DNA of 41,582 nucleotides from Candidatus Aminicenantes bacterium (GCA_016926835.1 JAFGNX010000008.1:1-41582), one strand, 5' to 3'; shown: positions 1-9,210, counted from the stretch's first letter. Numbers and translations: made by a program. The notes: generated from the letters alone by a model not told the origin.

Positions 1-1
1 A

Positions 2-61
2 CTGATCACCGTTTTGTTGATCACCTACCTTCCCTTTCTCTCGACTGCGTTGTTGAAATAA
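2..61 (+). CDS. 3' end of a membrane protein, probably TRAP transporter large permease (DctM-like); truncated by window edge
   Basis: Frame from base 2 reads LITVLLITYLPFLSTALLK-stop (TAA 59-61); LLITYxP resembles DctM C-termini. Confidence 0.55.
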   Translation: MITVLLITYLPFLSTALLK

Positions 62-63
62 GA

Positions 64-158
64 GAGTTGAAGAGTTGAAAATGTAGGGGCGAAATATTTT
101 TCGCCCGTACACCTGTCACCTCATTTCTCCTGCCCCTACCCTCAACTATCTCAACCTG
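64..158. repeat. GTAG-type REP hairpin within a larger inverted (REPIN-like) structure
   Basis: GTAGGGGCGAAATATTTTTCGCCCGTAC (83-110); inverted GCCCCTAC at 132-139; flanked by GAGTTGAA x2 (64-79) and inverted CTCAAC copies (141-156). Confidence 0.7.
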
Positions 159-185
159 TTTTTTTCTTTTGGTTACAGGGCTTTT

Positions 186-220
186 GCTTTCGACTTTCGA
201 CTTTTCACTTTCGACTTCTA
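186..220. repeat. Heptamer tandem repeat (ACTTTYN)
   Basis: GCTTTCG ACTTTCG ACTTTTC ACTTTCG ACTTCTA. Confidence 0.85.
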
Positions 221-224
221 TCCA

Positions 225-433
225 GTGATGAGAACTCTACGGGCTAGTGATGAGAACTCAGGAGAACTTGTGATGAGAACTTCCCGGGACTTGTGATGAA
301 AATCCATTACATAGCCCACAGGCAGGTATCATCACAGTGTTCATGAGAGCATTATCACAGTTCGGACAGGCATTCTGAACTGAGCCGCCTGGCCGGATTC
401 CTCATCACCGACTCTCCTTAGTGCCGTCACAAG
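225..433. repeat. Array of GTGATGAGAACT-type repeats with 22-23-bp period, four forward and about four degenerate inverted copies
   Basis: Forward copies start at 225, 247, 270, 293; inverted copies (..TCAC) end at 335, 358, 408, 430. Confidence 0.8.
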
Positions 434-439
434 GCTTTT

Positions 440-519
440 ACTTTTCACTTTCAACTTTTCACTTTCAACTTTTCACTTTTCACTGAGTGTCTTCCTGCCA
501 CCTGTCACCTGTCACCTGA
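440..519. repeat. Heptamer tandem repeats (ACTTTTC/ACTTTCA x6; CACCTGT x3)
   Basis: 440-481 six ACTTTYM units; 499-519 CACCTGT CACCTGT CACCTGA. Confidence 0.85.
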
Positions 520-523
520 TTTT

Positions 524-871
524 GGGTTCTCATCCCCGTAGTGAGGGTATTTTACGATAAATCGGGAATACAAGAGGAATTGGAAATGAATTCAAAATGA
601 TGAGTGGCAGCGCTACGGGAACGCCTCGACATGCTGAGGTACTCCGAAGCATCCGGGCGAGGCTTCCCACGCTCGTTTCACTCGCTACGGGGATTGATGA
701 GCGGCTGCTGCCGCTCACCCTGCGGGCGGCTCGTTTACACTCGCCGTGCTGATCCGGATATGCCGGATCAGTCGAACCCGGTACTCCGGGGTTCTCATCC
801 CCGTAATTAGGTAATTTCACGAATAATATGGAAATAAAGACAGAAATTGTGAATTACTTGAAAATTGCGAA
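524..871 (-). mobile_element. tRNA-Glu-linked tandem element (putative miniature non-autonomous integrative element / tRNA-linked repeat)
   Basis: 15-bp duplicate of tRNA 3' end at 605-619; further tRNA fragments at 683-695 and 772-781; GGGTTCTCATCCCCGTA at 524-540 and 789-805; two homologous 64/66-bp AT-rich spacers; period 267 bp. Confidence 0.55.
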
Positions 872-946
872 TGGCAGCGCTACGGGGATTCGAACCCCGG
901 TTTGATGACTGAGAATCACCCGTCCTAACCCCTAGACGATAGCGCC
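872..946 (-). tRNA. tRNA-Glu (anticodon CTC)
   Basis: Reverse complement GGCGCTATCGTCTAGGGGTTAGGACGGGTGATTCTCAGTCATCAAACCGGGGTTCGAATCCCCGTAGCGCTGCCA folds as a cloverleaf; CCA encoded. Confidence 0.97.
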
Positions 947-1022
947 GCCCGGAAAATACGGTTATTCGATCACGGACACTACTTCAATCCATCCCGGGAT
1001 CCGCGTGTCCGATTCGATGCGA

Positions 1023-1096
1023 TGGCTGGGAAGCAGGGATTCGAACCCCAATTCTATGATCCAGAGTCATATGTCCTACCGTTAGACGACTTCCCA
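1023..1096 (-). tRNA. tRNA-Gln (anticodon CTG)
   Basis: Reverse complement TGGGAAGTCGTCTAACGGTAGGACATATGACTCTGGATCATAGAATTGGGGTTCGAATCCCTGCTTCCCAGCCA; cloverleaf; CCA encoded. Confidence 0.97.
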
Positions 1097-1110
1097 GCTC
1101 TGGAAACTAT

Positions 1111-1138
1111 ATTATACCAATTTCTGCCCTTTTTTCAA
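1111..1138 (-). promoter_or_regulatory. Sigma70-type promoter of the tRNA-Gln/tRNA-Glu operon
   Basis: TTGAAA-16 bp-TATAAT with extended -10 TG on minus strand. Confidence 0.7.
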
Positions 1139-1176
1139 CCCGGGAACCGTGATTTTTTCCACCTGCTTTTGCCTAC

Positions 1177-1210
1177 AAAAAAAAGGGCCCTTCCTTTTCA
1201 GGAAGGGCCC
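1177..1210 (-). terminator. Intrinsic terminator of groEL
   Basis: 11-bp stem GGGCCCTTCCT/AGGAAGGGCCC, GAAA loop and U8 tail on minus strand. Confidence 0.9.
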
Positions 1211-1236
1211 CTGGATCTGTCCTGTATGAGCCGGGA

Positions 1237-2886
<1,650 letters not shown>

Positions 2887-2907
2887 TCAGGTTTTCTTTA
2901 GGGTGGT

Positions 2908-2937
2908 ATTATAATATAAAGATAGCGTTGATGTCAA
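2908..2937 (-). promoter_or_regulatory. Sigma70-type promoter of groEL
   Basis: TTGACA-18 bp-TATAAT on minus strand. Confidence 0.7.
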
Positions 2938-2981
2938 ACGCAATTAACTATAGTTATACGCGGGAAAAGTATAATTCAAAT

Positions 2982-3275
2982 TTATTTTCTTTTTATTTCT
3001 TGCGTTTTCTCTGATTTTTTACGTTTTTCTTTGATATTCAACTTTTGTAACTTTTTTTTAATGGTATTTCTATGCAGTTTCACCACAGAAGAAACGCGGC
3101 ATACGTTGTAATCGTTCTTTTCAAGAATTGCGATTAGCAATGTCTTTTCAAACTCCTGCATGATTTCTTGAAAATACAAACGGGAATTGGCTGATTTCAC
3201 CGCCAGGATTTTCATCTGGCGCTTGATGGTTAAGTTGCTGAATTGATCAGCCAATTCCAGGGTTTTCTTGTCCAT
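2982..3275 (-). CDS. Small Fis-family helix-turn-helix DNA-binding protein
   Basis: From ATG 3275 (MDKKTLEL..): FEKTLLIAILEKNDYNVCRVSSVVKLHRNTIKKKL resembles the Fis/NtrC HTH; overlaps cvpA 3' end. Confidence 0.75.
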   Translation of the reverse strand: MDKKTLELADQFSNLTIKRQMKILAVKSANSRLYFQEIMQEFEKTLLIAILEKNDYNVCRVSSVVKLHRNTIKKKLQKLNIKEKRKKSEKTQEIKRK

Positions 3276-3786
3276 TTGTTTTCCTGAAAAAATCCTGAAC
3301 CTGCTGGCGATACTTACCGGGTACGGCCTGAAGTGCCAGGTTGACGGTCCGCAACAGTATGGGTGACAGTCTTGACTCGCGTGTGATGCGTTCATTCACG
3401 GGAAAAACAACCAGCAGGAATACAATGATCCCGGAAATCAAGATCCCCCGGACCGTTCCGAATGCGCCCCCCAGAATACGGTCGATGGAGCGCAGGGGGT
3501 CAACGGAAAAGACCTTTCGTGCCACCCATGTAACCAGGGCGCCCAACAGGAGTATGCTGACAAAAATCGTGCCGAAGGCCACAAGATTGGCGATTTCACT
3601 GTTGCGGATGGTTGCGGAAAGGTGAAGCCCGAGATCCCGGAAGAACAGGAATGACAAAACCACGGCCAGCACAAAAAAGAACAATGACAGCAACTCCCTC
3701 ACCAATCCTTTCACAATTCCCATTACCGTGGATATTAGGATCAGGATGATGAAAACGATGTCGAGCCAGTTCAAACCGCTACCCAT
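3247..3786 (-). CDS. cvpA: CvpA family (colicin V production) membrane protein
   Basis: NWLDIV..GLVRELLSL and DRILGGAFGTVRG motifs; start overlaps purC stop (TAATG). Confidence 0.9.
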   Translation of the reverse strand: MGSGLNWLDIVFIILILISTVMGIVKGLVRELLSLFFFVLAVVLSFLFFRDLGLHLSATIRNSEIANLVAFGTIFVSILLLGALVTWVARKVFSVDPLRSIDRILGGAFGTVRGILISGIIVFLLVVFPVNERITRESRLSPILLRTVNLALQAVPGKYRQQVQDFFRKTNGQENPGIG

Positions 3787-4697
3787 TATTGTTCTTTTCC
3801 GGTCAGTATTCTCAATATTTCCAGATACTTGCTCCGGGTTTGCAGGACGACTTCCCCGGGCAGCTGCGGCGGCTGGCTGTTGCGGTCCCAACCTGTTTTC
3901 AACAGATAATTCCGGACAAACTGCTTGTCAAATGCCGGGGGCTCATTGCCGGCGGCATGGCAGGATCGGTACTCTTCCGTTTTCCAGAAACGGGAAGAGT
4001 CGGGAGTGAAAATCTCATCCACCAGTACAATCGTTCCATCCGCATCCCATCCGAATTCAAACTTGGTGTCCGCGATAATAATGCCTTTCTCCTGCGCGAA
4101 ACGATTGCCGAAACGATACAGCTCCAGGGCAAGGGAACGGATCCTGGCTGCGTTCTCCATACCCACCCGAGACGACAACTCCTTGAAAGTGATGTTTTCA
4201 TCATGCCCGGACTCGGCTTTGGTGGAGGGAGTAAATATCGGCTCGGGAAGCGGATCGTTGAATTTCAGCCCTTTGGGCAAGGTGATGCCGCATATTTCTC
4301 CGGAAGCAGTGTACGACTTCCATCCGGAACCGGCAAGATAACCACGCACAATGGCTTCAACTGGAAAAACATCCAGTTTCCGTGCCAGAACAGCGCGATC
4401 CATCAGTTGTTCTTTATACGGTTTGAATAACTCCAGTTCATGCGGCGCGTCCGTTACCAGGTGGTTGGGGATCAAATTCCGCGTCTGGTGAAACCAGAAA
4501 GAAGACAGGCGGTTCAGCACCTTGCCCTTGTCGGGGATCAATGTGGGAAGCACGTAATCAAACGCGGACAAACGATCCGTAGACACAATCAGCAATTGGT
4601 CCCCGACCACGAACACTTCACGTACTTTTCCCGATTTGAATTTTGGGAAAGGCAATTCCACCGTAGAAATTTCAGTACTGTTTGACTTGGTATCCAT
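3786..4697 (-). CDS. purC: SAICAR synthetase
   Basis: SGKVRE, TDRLSAFD, FTPSTKA, ADTKFEFG, DEIFTPDSSRFW, DKQFVR motifs. Confidence 0.98.
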   Translation of the reverse strand: MDTKSNSTEISTVELPFPKFKSGKVREVFVVGDQLLIVSTDRLSAFDYVLPTLIPDKGKVLNRLSSFWFHQTRNLIPNHLVTDAPHELELFKPYKEQLMDRAVLARKLDVFPVEAIVRGYLAGSGWKSYTASGEICGITLPKGLKFNDPLPEPIFTPSTKAESGHDENITFKELSSRVGMENAARIRSLALELYRFGNRFAQEKGIIIADTKFEFGWDADGTIVLVDEIFTPDSSRFWKTEEYRSCHAAGNEPPAFDKQFVRNYLLKTGWDRNSQPPQLPGEVVLQTRSKYLEILRILTGKEQ

Positions 4698-4755
4698 CTT
4701 ACCCCTTCTGCCCGCTGCAGCACCCTTTGGCGAAAAACGCGGCTATGCTGCCTAT

Positions 4756-4784
4756 AGATTAAAACAAGGAATTCAGCTTTTCAA
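4756..4784 (-). promoter_or_regulatory. Putative sigma70 promoter of purC-cvpA-fis
   Basis: TTGAAA-17 bp-TAATCT on minus strand. Confidence 0.45.
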
Positions 4785-4810
4785 CCATTCACCGGTTTTT
4801 TCGGACAAGG

Positions 4811-7000
4811 TTACAAAATGGAATAACCGACAATCAGCCCGGCAACCACGATCGACACCATGCTCATCAGTTTGATCAGGATATTCAGCGAAGGACCGGA
4901 AGTGTCTTTCAGTGGGTCACCGACCGTATCTCCGACCACACCGGCTTTGTGCGCAGGAGATCCTTTACCGCCCAGATTGCCTTCTTCAATGTACTTCTTG
5001 GCATTGTCCCAGGATCCGCCGGCATTGGCCATGAAGATGGCCAGAACAAAACCGGCTCCCAGCGCGCCGACCAGCAATCCCATCACCCCGGGGACGCCGA
5101 AAATGATTCCGGTCAGGATGGGAATCATTATGGCCAGCGATGACGGCAGGATCATTTCGCGCTGCGCTCCCTTGGTAGAGATCATCACGCAAGCGGCGTA
5201 GTCCGGTTTTTCCGTTCCCTGCAGGATTCCCGAGATCTCTCTGAACTGTCGGCGCACCTCGTCCACCATGGCGGAAGCGGCCCGGCCCACAGCTTTCATG
5301 GTTAATCCCGAAAAAACGAATGCCATCATGGATCCCAGAAAGATCCCTACGATTACCTTGGGATTCATGAGGTTGACTTCAAAAAGGGACATGAATCCGC
5401 TGATGTTGATGCGTGCCACCTCTTCAATACTGGTAAAGACTTTTCCGGCGCCAACCGCGATTTCTCCGCTTCGTTGAATGATGTGGATCATGCCGGCCTT
5501 GATCTCCTCTATATAGGAGGCCAACAGGGCCAAAGCGGTCAGGGCGGCGGAACCGATCGCAAACCCCTTTCCGGTTGCCGCGGTGGTGTTACCCAGCGTA
5601 TCCAGGGCGTCCGTGCGCTGGCGCACTTCTTTGGGGAGTCCGGCCATTTCCGCGTTACCCCCCGCATTATCGGCGATGGGACCATAGGCATCGGTTGCCA
5701 GGGTAATGCCCAGAGTGGAGAGCATGCCGACCGCAGCGACACCGATCCCGTACAAGCCGTGCATGGGATCCGCAAATCCGCCGGCAAAAGCGAAAGCTCC
5801 GATGATTCCCGCGGCAATGGCTGTTACGGGAACAGCGGTTGATATCATGCCGGAGGAAAGCCCGGCAATAATAATCGTGGCTTCTCCGGTTTTGGATTGT
5901 TCAGCCACTTCCACGGTCGGACGAAAACTGGATGAAGTATAGTATTCCACGCTTCTTCCCACGATAATGCCCACGAATAACCCGACGATAATGGAACCGA
6001 ATACACCCATATTTCCGGGCAACAGCAGAAATACCGCGCCCAGTGAACCGATCACGATCAGAAAAGAGCTGAAGTTAATGCCACGACCCAGGGCCTGCAG
6101 CAGTTGTTTCTGGGTGGCTCCCTCACGGGTCCGGACCAGAAAGACACCGAAAATAGAGGCAATGATACCGATTCCGGCGATCACCATGGGTAGAATGACC
6201 GCGTTAAAGGCCAACTCTTTCATGGCTGCGAAAGCGGAAGCGCCCAGGGCGGCGGCGGAAAGAATGGATCCGGCGTAGGATTCATAGAGGTCCGCCCCCA
6301 TGCCGGCCACATCACCCACGTTGTCACCCACATTATCGGCAATGGTGGCGGGATTGCGCGGGTCGTCTTCAGGAATACCCGCTTCGACTTTTCCCACCAG
6401 GTCCGCGCCCACATCAGCGGCCTTTGTAAAGATTCCGCCGCCCACGCGGGCAAAAAGAGCCTGCAGCGAAGCCCCCATGCCGAAAGAGAGCATGGTTACG
6501 GTGGTCACACCCAGGCTGTATTTCAGCCAGATGTGCAGGATGATGAACCAGAGCGAAACATCCAGCAGTCCCAGACCAACCACGACCAGGCCCAGCACCG
6601 AACCGCTCCGGAAGGCGACTTTCAAGGCTTTGTCCAGGGATTCCCTGGCCTGGTTGGTGGTTCGCGCGGACGCCAGGGTGGCGGTGGTCATACCGATAAA
6701 ACCGGCTAGCGCCGAGAAAAACCCGCCGGTAAGAAACGCGAACGGCGTCCAGGGGGACTGCACCTTGAGGCCATACGATAGGAAAGCCAGAAACACGGCG
6801 GCAACCGCAAAAAATATTGCCACGATCTTGTATTGCTGCCTGATATACGCCTTGGCACCTCGACGAACCGCTTCCGCGATTTCGATCATCTTGGCATTGC
6901 CTTCGGGCAACTTCATGATCTGGCGGTAAAACAACCAGGCGGCCAGAAGAGCTATGGCGGCTGAAACTGGAGCAATTCCGAACAGCAGGATCTTTTGCAT
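4811..7000 (-). CDS. hppA: Membrane-integral pyrophosphatase, K+-dependent, Na+ or Na+/H+ translocating type
   Basis: DVGADLVGKVE, EDDPRNP, DNVGDNVGD, GNTTAA, GDTVGDPLKDTSGP motifs. Confidence 0.98.
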   Translation of the reverse strand: MQKILLFGIAPVSAAIALLAAWLFYRQIMKLPEGNAKMIEIAEAVRRGAKAYIRQQYKIVAIFFAVAAVFLAFLSYGLKVQSPWTPFAFLTGGFFSALAGFIGMTTATLASARTTNQARESLDKALKVAFRSGSVLGLVVVGLGLLDVSLWFIILHIWLKYSLGVTTVTMLSFGMGASLQALFARVGGGIFTKAADVGADLVGKVEAGIPEDDPRNPATIADNVGDNVGDVAGMGADLYESYAGSILSAAALGASAFAAMKELAFNAVILPMVIAGIGIIASIFGVFLVRTREGATQKQLLQALGRGINFSSFLIVIGSLGAVFLLLPGNMGVFGSIIVGLFVGIIVGRSVEYYTSSSFRPTVEVAEQSKTGEATIIIAGLSSGMISTAVPVTAIAAGIIGAFAFAGGFADPMHGLYGIGVAAVGMLSTLGITLATDAYGPIADNAGGNAEMAGLPKEVRQRTDALDTLGNTTAATGKGFAIGSAALTALALLASYIEEIKAGMIHIIQRSGEIAVGAGKVFTSIEEVARINISGFMSLFEVNLMNPKVIVGIFLGSMMAFVFSGLTMKAVGRAASAMVDEVRRQFREISGILQGTEKPDYAACVMISTKGAQREMILPSSLAIMIPILTGIIFGVPGVMGLLVGALGAGFVLAIFMANAGGSWDNAKKYIEEGNLGGKGSPAHKAGVVGDTVGDPLKDTSGPSLNILIKLMSMVSIVVAGLIVGYSIL

Positions 7001-7043
7001 CTGATTTCTCCTTCCCGGCGATGGGGGTTAGAGTGTAAGCGCC

Positions 7044-7072
7044 ATTTTAATGAAAAAGCGCCCTCATGTCAA
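7044..7072 (-). promoter_or_regulatory. Sigma70-type promoter of hppA
   Basis: TTGACA-17 bp-TAAAAT on minus strand. Confidence 0.7.
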
Positions 7073-7683
7073 GGTGACGGACTTCCGGAAAGGCGAAATC
7101 GCAGTATGGCCAGGTATTCACGCGCGAGCAAACGCAGGTTGCGCAACCATTGTCGTACTCCCGAGTTGAGACGAATCTCGGACGTATGCATGCGTGCGAT
7201 ACGGAAATCATTGTACCCCAGATGCCGCATGATCATTTTCACCCGGGCCTGGTGATAGGGTGACGTACACGCAATCACCTGCCTGAAACCCAAGCTGTTC
7301 ACCAGTTCCAACCCGTGGGTGAGGTTTTCCATGGTGTTCTGGCTGCGACCTTCCAGAATAATGTGTTCGGGGGCGATTCCCTGATGCGTCAACCAGTTTT
7401 TCATTACGGGTACAGCCGGGCTTCCACGGTAAAGAGAACCGTCCGAAACGATCACGCTACGCGGAGTTTGCCGGTACAATGCAACCGCCAGCTTCAGGCG
7501 TTCGGCCGTGCTGTAGCCGAAATTCAGTTTGGGCCTGAGTCCGCCGCCCAGAACCAGGATGACGTCTCCGTAATCGGCGGGAACAGACTCCCCCGCTTCC
7601 AGGCTTTCCAGCCAGGGCTGGGTGCATGCCGCCATGCCCAGGGCGATCACAATACCGACAATTGCGTAAAAGACACGTTTCAT
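7069..7683 (-). CDS. YdcF/ElyC/SanA (DUF218) family protein, possible lipoprotein
   Basis: VILVLGGG, ERL..AV.LY, EGRSQNTMEN, TSPYHQAR motifs; start MKRVFYAIVGIVIALGMAAC with lipobox-like Cys. Confidence 0.88.
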   Translation of the reverse strand: MKRVFYAIVGIVIALGMAACTQPWLESLEAGESVPADYGDVILVLGGGLRPKLNFGYSTAERLKLAVALYRQTPRSVIVSDGSLYRGSPAVPVMKNWLTHQGIAPEHIILEGRSQNTMENLTHGLELVNSLGFRQVIACTSPYHQARVKMIMRHLGYNDFRIARMHTSEIRLNSGVRQWLRNLRLLAREYLAILRFRLSGSPSP

Positions 7684-7747
7684 GCGAATAAATTCAGCAA
7701 CGAGCGCCCAAGACCTAGGGCATTTGCCACTCCCGACCCCGATGGAT

Positions 7748-8641
7748 TTATGCAGCCGCATGCCTGCGCAAACGTCTCATCAGATAGGCGGTGCCGGTTC
7801 CGATTTCAACCAGATTGAGCAACAACAATACAATGGTGCCGGCCACCGGAACGAAAGACAACAAGCCGAATACAACTGTCGCGGTCAAAAGCGCCAGCGG
7901 TACACTGGAACCTGTGTATCCTGCATGTTGCATCATGCGGCGGCCGATTGCAAAAAACACCACGGTTCTTCCCAGCACCAACACGGCGAACCAGGCCAGA
8001 ATCAAGAGAAACAGCAGGGGGATCCCGATCAGAATGAAACTGAGAAACAGGCACAGTAAAGTCGCCGTAATGAAGACCACCAGCGCGCCCAGGCCGGTTA
8101 TCCCCATGCGCCAAGTTCGAGCGGCGAGGATGCCTTCCGCGTGCATGACAACGCGTGGAAACAGAACGAATGTCAACAGGGTAATGATAAACCAGACAAT
8201 GATCTTGGCGGCGCGGAAAAAACCCAGGGACCGGGATTCGGAAAAAATGGGGTGCAGCGAACTGCGCAAGCGTTTCAGGTCATAGCGAAAGTGGAGGTGG
8301 CCGCCTTCGACGCGGACCCCTTCCCCGCGGTTTAATTTTCCCCCGATCAACAGGAGTTCTCCCAGGATAACGCTTCCCGGTTCCAACTCAATATCTGCGG
8401 AAAATCCGATCACGTCTTTCTTTACAATACCGGAAATTCGCGCGCTGCCTCCGATTAGAAACAGCGACTCTTCCAGGGTTCCCTGAATGACCACATTGCC
8501 TTTCCAGGCCAACACATTCTTTGACACGGTTTCTCTTTCAGCGATTGATACGTCACGGTGAAGCCTGAATCCCTGGGCCGGTAGCCATGCGGTAACCAGT
8601 ATCAGCCCCAGGCAAATCATGACAGATCGTCGCATGATCAT
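7748..8641 (-). CDS. Membrane protein with N-terminal bactofilin-like beta-helix repeats (ECF operon accessory protein)
   Basis: Signal peptide, GNVVIQG/GGSARISG/GGKL repeats, then about 5-6 TM helices; ATGA overlap with anti-sigma. Confidence 0.7.
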   Translation of the reverse strand: MIMRRSVMICLGLILVTAWLPAQGFRLHRDVSIAERETVSKNVLAWKGNVVIQGTLEESLFLIGGSARISGIVKKDVIGFSADIELEPGSVILGELLLIGGKLNRGEGVRVEGGHLHFRYDLKRLRSSLHPIFSESRSLGFFRAAKIIVWFIITLLTFVLFPRVVMHAEGILAARTWRMGITGLGALVVFITATLLCLFLSFILIGIPLLFLLILAWFAVLVLGRTVVFFAIGRRMMQHAGYTGSSVPLALLTATVVFGLLSFVPVAGTIVLLLLNLVEIGTGTAYLMRRLRRHAAA

Positions 8642-9210
8642 ATCGCCCGTGTCTGCCGTTGCTTCCGCCGGCGCGGAAGTACCATGTGATAAACAATCAT
8701 GGCCGATCCGACAGATGCGATCAGCAGCAGCAAAAACAAGAGTTCCGCTTGAATCTGGACATTCAACACGGCGGAAATCAACTTGGAAAACGCTTTGAAA
8801 GTGGCATAAACCGCGGAAAACACCGTGGATATCCCCTGAAGAATCCCCCCTGCAAAGCGAAAAAGCCGATTGGAAGTGAACTGCATGGCTTGAACCAGGC
8901 TGTTGTTGGCAAAATCAAAGTAAACGTAAATCCAGGTAACCAGAAGCAGAAAACCTGCGGCGACAAAGGTCAGTACGGACCCATATGTCGGCAACACGGG
9001 AAACAGGCGGCGCATGACCGATTTTTCGATGCCCGTCGGAGGCGTGCGCATGGGCGGATGAGCGAGTCCCTCTTCCACTTTCAGAAACTGGCTCAACCGG
9101 GAACGGCAACCCGCACAGCCAACCAGATGATCACGGATCATGGCCGTTTGAATCGGGTCGAGACTGTTCTCTGCGTAGCGGACGAGTACCTTATTGTGTG
9201 GGCATTCCAT
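8638..9210 (-). CDS. Zinc-binding (ZAS, zf-HC2) transmembrane anti-sigma factor
   Basis: MECPH..HLVGCAGC (HxxxCxxC), followed by TM segments; directly downstream of ECF sigma. Confidence 0.88.
   Translation of the reverse strand: MECPHNKVLVRYAENSLDPIQTAMIRDHLVGCAGCRSRLSQFLKVEEGLAHPPMRTPPTGIEKSVMRRLFPVLPTYGSVLTFVAAGFLLLVTWIYVYFDFANNSLVQAMQFTSNRLFRFAGGILQGISTVFSAVYATFKAFSKLISAVLNVQIQAELLFLLLLIASVGSAMIVYHMVLPRRRKQRQTRAI

Noticed and set aside
225-315. Possible CRISPR or TIGR-like guide array (GTGATGA also matches box C, RUGAUGA)
   Set aside because: Repeats of 12 bp and linkers of 10-11 bp are too short for CRISPR; there are only four units, no alternating dual-repeat pattern, and no cas or Nop-domain gene in the window
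530-820. ORFs 530-820 (-) and 604-810 (+)
   Set aside because: They run through tRNA fragments and GC-rich hairpins, with no recognisable motif; better explained as non-coding structure
4698-4755. Purine or ZTP riboswitch ahead of purC
   Set aside because: The leader is only about 55 nt with one GCAGCA/TGCTGC stem and no recognisable aptamer consensus
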